Source: Candidatus Electrothrix sp. GW3-4 | GTDB taxonomy: Bacteria; Desulfobacterota; Desulfobulbia; Desulfobulbales; Desulfobulbaceae | Reading direction: 5' to 3' | Length of the DNA: 32,000 bases | NCBI RefSeq assembly: GCF_037902255.1 | Contig: NZ_CP147990.1 | Span: forward strand, 3,000,001-3,032,000 | In this document: positions 24,087 through 32,000 of the stretch, in pieces | Layout: the number at the start of each line of letters is the position of its first letter | Position numbering within the stretch: the stretch's first letter is position 1 | Notes under the pieces: generated by a model | The model's input: the letters and a program-made list of their open reading frames with translations, nothing else | The model's database searches: none | Told to the model about the DNA's origin: nothing | Program-made: the position numbers and the translations under genes

Positions 24087-25190
24087 ATGATCTACCCAAA
24101 AAATATCATAGAGTTCGTCAAAAACGATCCGGCCCTGAGAGAACGTTTCAGCCATGTTGCGGGCATAACTTCTTTAAACACAACGACAACTCCGCCGGGT
24201 CAGAGCGATTTTTCCTTTGAAGAATATATGCTCACCAAGGGGCACACCCAAAGTCGGGCAATCCGAAAATATCTCCACTTCATCGCCTCAACCTACAGTA
24301 TCTTCAACGAGATATTTCAGTATTTCCCCAAGGAAAACCAGAACAGCACTCATAAGGATGATGTCAGCGCCATTGGCACGGCTCCCTTTGAACTTATCTA
24401 CCATGCCATGTACCTCTACTGCCTAGACAGCTGGGGTGTAAAAGGAGATGTGATCGAATGCGGCACCTATAAAGGCTTTTCCGCCTGCTGCCTCAGCTGG
24501 GTATGCAATTATCTGGAAAGACGACTCATTGTTGCGGATTCCTTTGAAGGCCTGCCAGAAAACAGCACAGACCCCTATTATAAAAAAGGCGATTTCTGCG
24601 GTCAGATAGATGAAGTGCGTGCCAATATCGAAGATTTCGGCAAGATCGAACAGGTAGACTTTCTGAAAGGATTTTACAACACCTCGCTTCAAGGTTTCGA
24701 CCGCCCTCTCTGCATGGTGTGGATGGATGTGGATCTCTACGAATCCACTATAGATATCCTGACCAACCTCCTTCCCCATCTGACTACTGACGGGGTGATC
24801 ATTTCACACGAGCTGTTTGCAGACCGGGATTTTGCCGACAACGATCTGCTCAAAGATACTATCGGACCTTCCAGGGCCATGTATGGATTCTTTGCCGAAC
24901 AGGGCATGACCTATCAGGCCATACCGCTGGAAAACGGTTCCGGCTTGGTTGTTCCCTACACAGCAGACGAAAAGCTGCTCATGTCCTGTGACCATGTCCG
25001 CTTCCTCCGGGATCACTGTCGTCAGTCGGATACAGTTCTTGCTCAACAGCGGGTTGAGCTGGAACGCGACATTGGCCATTGGCAGCATGAGGTCGAAAAA
25101 CTGATGGAAATTTATCGTTCCACTGCTGATTTTAGATGCAAACAAGCTATCAAGACTATCTTAGGGAAACTCGGCCTGCGCAAGGAATAG
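24087..25190 (+). CDS. TylF/MycF-family SAM-dependent O-methyltransferase with C-terminal coiled-coil
   Basis: GDVIECGTYKGFS...LIVADSFEGLPE...WMDVDLYEST (TylF-type motifs). The C-terminal ~60 aa are heptad-like (QQRVELERDIGHWQHEVEKLMEIY). Confidence 0.8.
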   Translation: MIYPKNIIEFVKNDPALRERFSHVAGITSLNTTTTPPGQSDFSFEEYMLTKGHTQSRAIRKYLHFIASTYSIFNEIFQYFPKENQNSTHKDDVSAIGTAPFELIYHAMYLYCLDSWGVKGDVIECGTYKGFSACCLSWVCNYLERRLIVADSFEGLPENSTDPYYKKGDFCGQIDEVRANIEDFGKIEQVDFLKGFYNTSLQGFDRPLCMVWMDVDLYESTIDILTNLLPHLTTDGVIISHELFADRDFADNDLLKDTIGPSRAMYGFFAEQGMTYQAIPLENGSGLVVPYTADEKLLMSCDHVRFLRDHCRQSDTVLAQQRVELERDIGHWQHEVEKLMEIYRSTADFRCKQAIKTILGKLGLRKE

Positions 25191-25194
25191 ACCG

Positions 25195-26343
25195 ATGTAT
25201 GAAGAGTATATTGTCCAAGACAGCGACAAACTGCGCCGGATTGAGGAGGCCCTACTGGCCACCTATTTCAAAAATTACGACCAGGACTTTCTAACCACAG
25301 AGACCGGCAAAGAGGACGTTAAAGCCAATGTCCACCGGCGCTATAACAATGCGCTCAAACATGTCGTTCCCTGGGTGGCAAAATACATTGATCTGACCGG
25401 TAAGACAATGGTTGAGATCGGCACCGGCACCGGATCAAGTACAGCGGCTTTTGCCCATTTTGTTAAAAAGATAGACGGGTACGACATTGATGATCAGGCG
25501 CTTGCCGGAGCCCAGGTACGCATGGAGGTCATGGGACTGAATAATGTAGCCCTGCATTTTGTTGCACCTGATGACCTCGTCGATACCCTGAAAAAAAATC
25601 ACCCGGACGGGGCTGACATTATCCTCCTCTTTGCTGTTCTTGAGCATCAAACGATTCAGGAACGTCATGAAACCATAAAATTATGCTGGGACCTACTCAA
25701 TCCAGACGGCGTGCTGGTTGTCTCTGAAACCCCGAACTTACTCCACTACACGGACCTGCATACTTCCGAGCTACCTTTTCTTCACCTATTGCCCACAGAA
25801 CTCTATGTTCGATACGCAAACCGATCATCACGAGCAAGGTTTGATAAGTATTTTGCCGACACCGCATCTCATTCTCCAGAAAAATTAGAGACCGAAATTA
25901 TGCGTTGGGGTCGGGGGGCAAGTTTTCATGATTTTGAGCTGTCTCTTGGAAAGGATCACGAGAACTACCTTGTCGCCAACGGATTTGAACAGGAAATATT
26001 AACATGGCTGGACGTGACTTTTGACGAAGAGCTCCTGCGTCATTATTTTATGGTCAAAGAGCTTGATGTCCCCTTGGCCTTTTCCCGTGCTGTGCTCAAT
26101 CTTATCTATAAAAAAAGTGACATGCCTCCCCCCTGCCTTTCGCCTGCTCCAGAGCAGGTATTTATTATCGATAAATATCTTTATCGAGAACAAAAGTTTG
26201 TTATCGACAGTCTAAATGAACGGTTAGTAGCAGCAGAAAAACAGCTGCATGATATACTTGTATCCAAACGCTGGTTGCTGGGAAATATTTTAGCTGGTCC
26301 CTATCGAAAACTGAAGGCTTTGTTTTCCGACCCTGCCACCTGA
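25195..26343 (+). CDS. Class I SAM-dependent methyltransferase with C-terminal coiled-coil/SKRWLLG tail
   Basis: Motif I VEIGTGTGSS, then D.D, ILLFAVLEH, LNPDGVLVV. C-terminal NERLVAAEKQLHDILVSKRWLLGNIL. Confidence 0.8.
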   Translation: MYEEYIVQDSDKLRRIEEALLATYFKNYDQDFLTTETGKEDVKANVHRRYNNALKHVVPWVAKYIDLTGKTMVEIGTGTGSSTAAFAHFVKKIDGYDIDDQALAGAQVRMEVMGLNNVALHFVAPDDLVDTLKKNHPDGADIILLFAVLEHQTIQERHETIKLCWDLLNPDGVLVVSETPNLLHYTDLHTSELPFLHLLPTELYVRYANRSSRARFDKYFADTASHSPEKLETEIMRWGRGASFHDFELSLGKDHENYLVANGFEQEILTWLDVTFDEELLRHYFMVKELDVPLAFSRAVLNLIYKKSDMPPPCLSPAPEQVFIIDKYLYREQKFVIDSLNERLVAAEKQLHDILVSKRWLLGNILAGPYRKLKALFSDPAT

Positions 26344-26366
26344 CTCCACCCCCCCTTGTCTTTCTT

Positions 26367-28040
26367 ATGAAAATAGGTATTTTTTTAGGTTCACCAAGAA
26401 TTAATGGTGGAACCTATGTAATTTATGAACATGGCTCCCGGCTAAAAAAAAGGGGGCATCAGGTTATTCTGGTTACCAAACAAAAAGTCACTCCAGAAGA
26501 ACATGCGTGGCATTCAGCTGCCCATGAACTGGAATGGCTGACCCTGGAACAGGCCAAGGCGGAATCCTTTGATATGGTCTTGGCAACCTGGTGGCAGAGC
26601 CCTTTCCTGCTCCATGAACTCCAATCCACCCATTACGCCTATTTTGTCCAATCCATAGAGACTCGTTTTTTCGAAGAACCGGATCCGACAAACTACAGCA
26701 CAAAAGATGTAGCTGTATGGCAGGAACTCTGCGAAAAAACCTACTCCTACGCCCTGCCGATAATCACTGAGGCAACCTGGATCCAGGAGTATATCTACAG
26801 AAAATACAATAATTATCCGCAACTGGTACGTAACGGCGTCCGCAAGGATATCTATACTGCCGAAGGAAAAGCCGTTGCTCCCCGTGAGCCGGGCCGCTTC
26901 CGAGTCCTGGTGGAAGGTCCGGTTGATGTGGCCTATAAAAACGTTCTCGCCTCCATCAAACTGGCAAAAGAAGCTGGCGCTGATGAAATCTGGCTCCTCA
27001 CTTCATCGGATGTTGATCAGTATGCGCATGTTGACAGGGTCTTCTCACAAATTCCTATCCACGAAACCCCCAAAATATACCGTTCCTGCGACCTCTTGCT
27101 CAAACTCAGTTATGTGGAAGGCATGTTTGGCCCTCCCTTGGAAATGTTCCACTGCGGCGGCACAGCCTTAGTCTATGACGTCACCGGTCATGACGAGTAC
27201 ATTGTTCATGATAGGAACAGCTATGTCGTTGCCCGAGATGAGGAGGATGAGGTTATTCGTTATCTTCGGCATCTCAAAGAAAATCCACAGGAGCTGGAAC
27301 GCCTCAAACAGGGAGCGATACAAACCGCATCTGAATGGCCTGATTGGGATGAATGCGCAGATCTGTTTGAAAAAGCATTGATAGAAATAGCAGCCAAACG
27401 ACCGGCAAGCAGGCAGTACTTTAAACAGCGTACAGAAGAGCTGTTTAAAACGAGAAAACCTTTCATCCAGACTGTTGCTCAAAAAGTTTTTTCAGACCGT
27501 GAAAAGGCTGTATGGAGCGGGGAAGAAACAGATAAAAACAATTTTGCTGAATTATACTGGGATGGTCATGGAAAATTTAGCAGTGAAAAATCGCAGTGGC
27601 GACATTATAAAAGCGAGGAATGGACAACGATCTCTTTTGAACTGCCCGTAGGAGAGTCGCCTCTTTGGCTTCGCCTGGACCCCAGCACTCGGACAGGCTT
27701 AGTTGAAATTTCCTTTCTTACGGTATGCAACAAAACACAAGAAAAAGAGATTATTTCATTTCGGGAACAAGATGATTTTCAGAAACTATTTTTAATCGGT
27801 GATGCAAAATGGCTTTTTCCAGAAAAAAAGAATATTATTTTTTCCTACGGGCCGGATCCGATATTTGTGTTACCGGAACTGGGACAAGACGCCATTGAGG
27901 TCGGAGACCTTCTAGAAATCAAAATCAAACTCAAGGAAACGGGAATACAGCAATTTTTCAATACGCATCAACTCTGTTTTTCAAATCAGTTACAGGCTCC
28001 TGAACAGTCTCGGCCCTGGTGGAAACGGATTCTGGGATGA
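26367..28040 (+). CDS. GT-B (GT4-like) glycosyltransferase fused to an unassigned ~200-aa C-terminal domain
   Basis: MKIGIFLG....GGTYVIYEH...L.KRGH.V N-terminus. E-x7-E-like EGMFGPPLEMFHCG. The C-terminal part (from ~27450) is beta-rich with an LWLRLDP motif. Confidence 0.75.
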   Translation: MKIGIFLGSPRINGGTYVIYEHGSRLKKRGHQVILVTKQKVTPEEHAWHSAAHELEWLTLEQAKAESFDMVLATWWQSPFLLHELQSTHYAYFVQSIETRFFEEPDPTNYSTKDVAVWQELCEKTYSYALPIITEATWIQEYIYRKYNNYPQLVRNGVRKDIYTAEGKAVAPREPGRFRVLVEGPVDVAYKNVLASIKLAKEAGADEIWLLTSSDVDQYAHVDRVFSQIPIHETPKIYRSCDLLLKLSYVEGMFGPPLEMFHCGGTALVYDVTGHDEYIVHDRNSYVVARDEEDEVIRYLRHLKENPQELERLKQGAIQTASEWPDWDECADLFEKALIEIAAKRPASRQYFKQRTEELFKTRKPFIQTVAQKVFSDREKAVWSGEETDKNNFAELYWDGHGKFSSEKSQWRHYKSEEWTTISFELPVGESPLWLRLDPSTRTGLVEISFLTVCNKTQEKEIISFREQDDFQKLFLIGDAKWLFPEKKNIIFSYGPDPIFVLPELGQDAIEVGDLLEIKIKLKETGIQQFFNTHQLCFSNQLQAPEQSRPWWKRILG

Positions 28041-28099
28041 TCTCTAAAGAGAGAATATATTCAAAAAAACACTTTTAACACTACATCGGGCTGCTGCTG

Positions 28100-30079
28100 A
28101 TGCTTATCCAACGAAAATATTCTCCTGAAGTAGACGGGCTACGGGCCTGGGCGGTTCTCGGAGTCCTATTATATCATTTTGACTTCAAAAGATTCTCAGG
28201 GGGATTCACTGGCGTTGATATTTTTTTCGTTATCTCTGGCTTCCTGATTACACGCAACATTATGTCGGACATTGACAAAGGAACCTTTTCCTTTGCCCGA
28301 TTTTACAGCCGCCGGATCAAGCGACTCTTTCCAGCCCTGTATACCACCCTATTACTGACGCTGGTGTTTGGTTTCCTGCTCTTTACTCCAGAGCACCTGC
28401 TCCGCCTCGGTAAATCGCTCCTCTACAGTGTCCTCTCGGTTTCCAATTTTTTCTTCTGGAAGGAAGCTGGTTATTTTGATACCGCTATTGACTTCAAGCC
28501 CCTGCTCCACACCTGGTCCCTTGCTGTTGAAGAGCAATTTTATCTGATCTGGCCAGCCCTCCTCTTTCTTTTCTCCAAGCTGAGCAGGAAAATCTGGCTG
28601 CCCGTCTTTCTCCTCCTTATCAGCGCAGCCTCTCTGTACGGGGCAGAACGTTGGCTGGATTCTGATCCAACCGGTGCTTTTTTCCTGACCCCGTTTCGCA
28701 TTATCGAGTTCGCCTTTGGAGCTGGGCTGGTCTGGCTGATAGATCGCCAACCAAAGAAAAAACTCCTTTTGGAGCCCCTGCAGCTTGCCGCCCTTCTGCT
28801 CATCCTCTACAGCTTTTTCTCTTTTACTAAGCACACGAGCTTTCCTGGTCTTTCTGCCCTCATTCCCTGCCTGGGAGCAGCACTTGCCATCTACAGTGGA
28901 CAAGCCCGTTTTCTCGGTTACCTCCTGAGAAATCGATTAGCTGTAGGTATCGGCCTAATCTCGTATTCCCTCTATCTTGTTCATTGGCCCCTGCTGATTT
29001 TTTATAAGTACTGGCATTATTCGGAGATAGATCATACGGATCGGATCAGCCTCCTGCTCACGACTTTTCTCTGCGCCTGGCTCTCTTGGAAATTCATTGA
29101 ACAACCCTTCCGCAAAGGATTCACCCGCTCCCGAAAACTCCTTGTCTTTTTTTACATCGCCAGTGCTGCCCTGCTGATAGGTGCTGCTGTCACCCTTATT
29201 CGAGAAAAAGGTTTCCCTGAGAGAATCGACTCTAAGTATTCAAAATTACAAGACACAGAGCAGTTTCATATTGATCAATACGGGGGAAAAGGATACCGAT
29301 TTACCGGTCTCATTGGCGCAAGAAAACCGAAAAAATATTATGATGTCCTCCTCGCCGGTGACAGCTTTATGCTGCAGTACGCAACCGGCTTTGACCAATA
29401 TTTTCAGCAGGAAAATATTGGTGCCAGAACGGTCACCGACTATTCCTGCTTCATGGGACCGGGGATCACTTCGTTTGTTCGAGGAAAACCAGATCATGAA
29501 TGTACGGAGCGTACTCAGCAGATGTTTAGCTTATTAGAACAATATGATACACCGCTTATCCTTTCCGAGGCCTGGGCATGGTATTTTCCAGAGGGTATCT
29601 GCGATCTTAATGATAAGCCGTTCTTCTTTAAGAAGAAGAAAGACTATCTGGACTTTCTGATTAAAAATATCGAAAAAATAAGAGAAAAAATCGGGAAAGA
29701 CAGGAGGCTTATCCTTATTGGCAATCCACCGGGAAGCGGTAATAGAAACGGAATTATCTCATGCCTTAATCGACCCAACTACCTTCCCAATAATTGCCTG
29801 GACTCTGTGGTCTTTCCGAAACGAAAAGGTGTTGGTTTCGATATTAATAAACGGTTGCAAGAATATGCAGAGAGTGAAGAACATACCTGGTTTATTGATC
29901 CCTTTGATGTCTTCTGTGACAAAGAGAGCTGTGCAGCGCTTGATTCCAGCAATAATGAGATCTGGTATTCAGACGGGGGGCATCTCTCCATTGATGGATC
30001 CATAAAGGCAACGCAGTCTTTTGGTCAGCAGCTTCTCGATATTATTCGACCGACAATGAAAGCTCCCCCGACGCAGTGA
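28100..30079 (+). CDS. Acyltransferase-3 family O-acyltransferase with C-terminal SGNH domain (OafA/OatA-like)
   Basis: VDGLRAWAVLGVLLYHF...GVDIFFVISGFLIT. About 10 TM segments are followed by a ~280-aa soluble domain (LLAGDSF...DGGHLS). Confidence 0.9.
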   Translation: MLIQRKYSPEVDGLRAWAVLGVLLYHFDFKRFSGGFTGVDIFFVISGFLITRNIMSDIDKGTFSFARFYSRRIKRLFPALYTTLLLTLVFGFLLFTPEHLLRLGKSLLYSVLSVSNFFFWKEAGYFDTAIDFKPLLHTWSLAVEEQFYLIWPALLFLFSKLSRKIWLPVFLLLISAASLYGAERWLDSDPTGAFFLTPFRIIEFAFGAGLVWLIDRQPKKKLLLEPLQLAALLLILYSFFSFTKHTSFPGLSALIPCLGAALAIYSGQARFLGYLLRNRLAVGIGLISYSLYLVHWPLLIFYKYWHYSEIDHTDRISLLLTTFLCAWLSWKFIEQPFRKGFTRSRKLLVFFYIASAALLIGAAVTLIREKGFPERIDSKYSKLQDTEQFHIDQYGGKGYRFTGLIGARKPKKYYDVLLAGDSFMLQYATGFDQYFQQENIGARTVTDYSCFMGPGITSFVRGKPDHECTERTQQMFSLLEQYDTPLILSEAWAWYFPEGICDLNDKPFFFKKKKDYLDFLIKNIEKIREKIGKDRRLILIGNPPGSGNRNGIISCLNRPNYLPNNCLDSVVFPKRKGVGFDINKRLQEYAESEEHTWFIDPFDVFCDKESCAALDSSNNEIWYSDGGHLSIDGSIKATQSFGQQLLDIIRPTMKAPPTQ

Positions 30080-30131
30080 GAGAGAAGGGGCGATCAGCAG
30101 ATCGCCGCCCTGAATTCCCAGCAAGATCCTC

Positions 30132-32000
30132 TTATTTTCCAAACATCAACCTGTTTTCCTCCCCCCGATCAATCCGTACCGTATCCCCTTCACTGAACCT
30201 GCCTTCCAGGATCTCCAGGGCTAGCGGGTCTTCAATATAGCGCTGGATGGCCCGCTTCAGGGGCCGGGCACCAAAGCTGGGATCGTAACCAATCTCCACC
30301 AGGAAGTGCTTGGCCGCCTCAGTGAGCTCAATGGCGTACTTGCGCTCGGCCAGCCGCTTGCTCATGCGGGCGATCTGGATATCCACGATCTGGAGCAGAT
30401 CCTCACGGGTTAGGCCGTGGAAGGTGATGATCTCATCCACCCGGTTGAGGAACTCTGGTCGGAACTGGCGATGCAGGAGTTCATCCACCTGTTGTCGCAT
30501 CTCTTCCGGATTATCCTGGCCCAGTTCCATGATCAGATGACTGCCCAGGTTGGAGGTCATAATCATGATGGTGTTCTTAAAGGAGACGGTCCGACCCTTT
30601 CCATCGGTCATCCGCCCATCGTCCAGGACCTGGAGCAGGACGTTGAAGACATCCGGGTGAGCCTTCTCAATCTCGTCCAGGAGAATCACCGAGTAAGGTC
30701 GACGCCGCACCGCCTCGGTAAGCATCCCCCCCTCGTCATAGCCCACATAGCCAGGAGGTGCTCCGATGAGGCGGGCTACAGAATGCTTCTCCATGTACTC
30801 AGACATATCAATACGGATCATGGCCTGTTCCGAGTCAAAGAGGAAGTCGGCCAGGCTGCGGGCCAGCTCGGTCTTGCCCACCCCGGTGGGGCCGAGAAAG
30901 ATAAAGGAGCCCAAGGGCCGATCCGGGTCCTGGAGACCTGCCCTGGCCCGACGCACTGCATTAGCCACCGAAGTAATGGCCTCTTGCTGGCCGATGACCC
31001 GGCGCGCCAACGCGGACTCCGCCTGCACCAGCTTCTCCTTTTCCCCTTCCAGGAGTTTATCCACCGGCACACCGGTCCATTTGGCCACCACAGCAGCAAT
31101 ATCTTCCGCACCTACCTCTTCCTTGAGCATCTGGTGATTCTGCTGCACCTCGGCCAATTTACGATTTTCTGCCTCCAGCTCCTTTTCCAGCTCCACGATC
31201 TTGCTGTAACGAATCTCTGCCACCCGGCTCAGGTCACCGGCCCGCTCGGCCCGCTGCTCCTCAATATGGGCCTCATCAATCCGGGCCTTGGTATCGCGGA
31301 TGCGTTGAATCACGTCTTTTTCCAGCTGCCACTGACCCTTCATGGCATTGAGCTGCTCGTTGAGCTCGGCCAAGTCCTTTTTCAGGCGCTCCAGCTGTTC
31401 CTTGGAGGCCTTGTCCTTTTCCTTTTTCAGGGCCTCCTGCTCAATCTCCATCTTGATCCGCCTGCGATCCAGCTCATCAATCTCAGTGGGCATGGAGTCA
31501 ATCTCAATGCGCAAGCGGGAGGCGGCCTCATCAATTAGGTCAATGGCCTTGTCCGGCAGAAAGCGATCCGAGATGTAGCGATTGGATAAGGTGACCGCAG
31601 CCACGGTGGCCGCATCCTGAATCCGTACCCCATGGTGGACCTCGTACTTCTCCTTGATGCCGCGCAGGATGGCCACGGTATCCTCTTCACTGGGTTCCTG
31701 GATCAGGACTGGCTGGAAGCGGCGTTCCAAGGCGGCATCCTTCTCGATATATTTACGATACTCATCCAGAGTGGTGGCACCAACGCAATGGAGCTCACCC
31801 CGGGCCAGGGCCGGTTTGAGCATATTGGAGGCATCCATCGACCCTTCCGAGGCCCCTGCCCCCACCAGGGTATGGATCTCGTCGATAAAGAGGATGATCT
31901 CGCCCGCCTTCTTCTCCACCTCTTTCAGTACGGCCTTGAGCCGATCTTCAAACTCACCCCGGTACTTGGCCCCGGCAATGAGCAGGCCCAGGTCCAGGGA
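30132..32000 (-). CDS. clpB: ClpB disaggregase (C-terminal ~620 aa; N-terminus beyond the window)
   Basis: The frame stays open to position 32000 ([24 protein letters not shown]). It contains the middle coiled-coil, NBD2 Walker [21 protein letters not shown] and GARPLKR. Confidence 0.95.
   Translation of the reverse strand, partial: SLDLGLLIAGAKYRGEFEDRLKAVLKEVEKKAGEIILFIDEIHTLVGAGASEGSMDASNMLKPALARGELHCVGATTLDEYRKYIEKDAALERRFQPVLIQEPSEEDTVAILRGIKEKYEVHHGVRIQDAATVAAVTLSNRYISDRFLPDKAIDLIDEAASRLRIEIDSMPTEIDELDRRRIKMEIEQEALKKEKDKASKEQLERLKKDLAELNEQLNAMKGQWQLEKDVIQRIRDTKARIDEAHIEEQRAERAGDLSRVAEIRYSKIVELEKELEAENRKLAEVQQNHQMLKEEVGAEDIAAVVAKWTGVPVDKLLEGEKEKLVQAESALARRVIGQQEAITSVANAVRRARAGLQDPDRPLGSFIFLGPTGVGKTELARSLADFLFDSEQAMIRIDMSEYMEKHSVARLIGAPPGYVGYDEGGMLTEAVRRRPYSVILLDEIEKAHPDVFNVLLQVLDDGRMTDGKGRTVSFKNTIMIMTSNLGSHLIMELGQDNPEEMRQQVDELLHRQFRPEFLNRVDEIITFHGLTREDLLQIVDIQIARMSKRLAERKYAIELTEAAKHFLVEIGYDPSFGARPLKRAIQRYIEDPLALEILEGRFSEGDTVRIDRGEENRLMFGK

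Noticed and set aside
30080-30131. Possible bidirectional terminator GGCGATC-AGCA-GATCGCC between the acyltransferase gene and clpB
   Set aside because: The stem is only 7 bp and no U-tract follows on either strand. This is too weak to list as a feature.

Overview
Chromosomal segment in which housekeeping genes alternate with small accessory modules. By hand count on sample lines, the core is about 53-58% GC. Gene content (YeeE/TusA/DsrE sulfur-relay cluster, FmdE-like protein) suggests an anaerobic sulfur-cycling Desulfobacterota-like bacterium; this is inference and cannot be verified here.

Core genes:
- purD, running in frame into a purE-like domain. It is open at the left window edge, so the ORF track misses it.
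- mazG-like, FKBP-type PPIase, hisI, hisG, engB, FmdE-like, gatC.
- HDAC-family deacetylase, 5-formyl-THF cyclo-ligase, glyS, and clpB (partial, right edge).

Accessory content:
- Three toxin-antitoxin-like pairs: DUF4160/DUF2442, MNT/HEPN, and PIN plus a coupled small ORF.
- An orphan TIR-like (DUF1863/ThsB-like) gene coupled to a truncated dioxygenase fragment.
- A divergent YeeE | TusA-DsrE-like-chp-chp sulfur-trafficking cluster.
- An 8-kb AT-richer glycan export/modification island between glyS and clpB: Wzm/Wzt, two methyltransferases, one glycosyltransferase, and an acyltransferase-3/SGNH protein.

No rRNA, intact tRNA, CRISPR array, transposase or integrase was found.

Features the gene list does not explain, most interesting first:
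1. An exactly 21-bp-phased degenerate tandem array (10.9-11.24 kb). It reads as a basic heptad-repeat ORF with codon-like variation.
2. A near-consensus sigma70 promoter, then a ~235-nt multi-hairpin leader, then a perfect Shine-Dalgarno (SD) site and a 78-aa ORF upstream of the PIN operon. The leader partly resembles a cobalamin riboswitch.
3. A tRNA-like 3' module (T-arm, acceptor strand, ACCA) with no tRNA body, next to a 19-bp inverted-repeat pair.
4. The TIR-like locus and its structured non-coding flank.

All family assignments come from motif recognition by eye. No database search was run.
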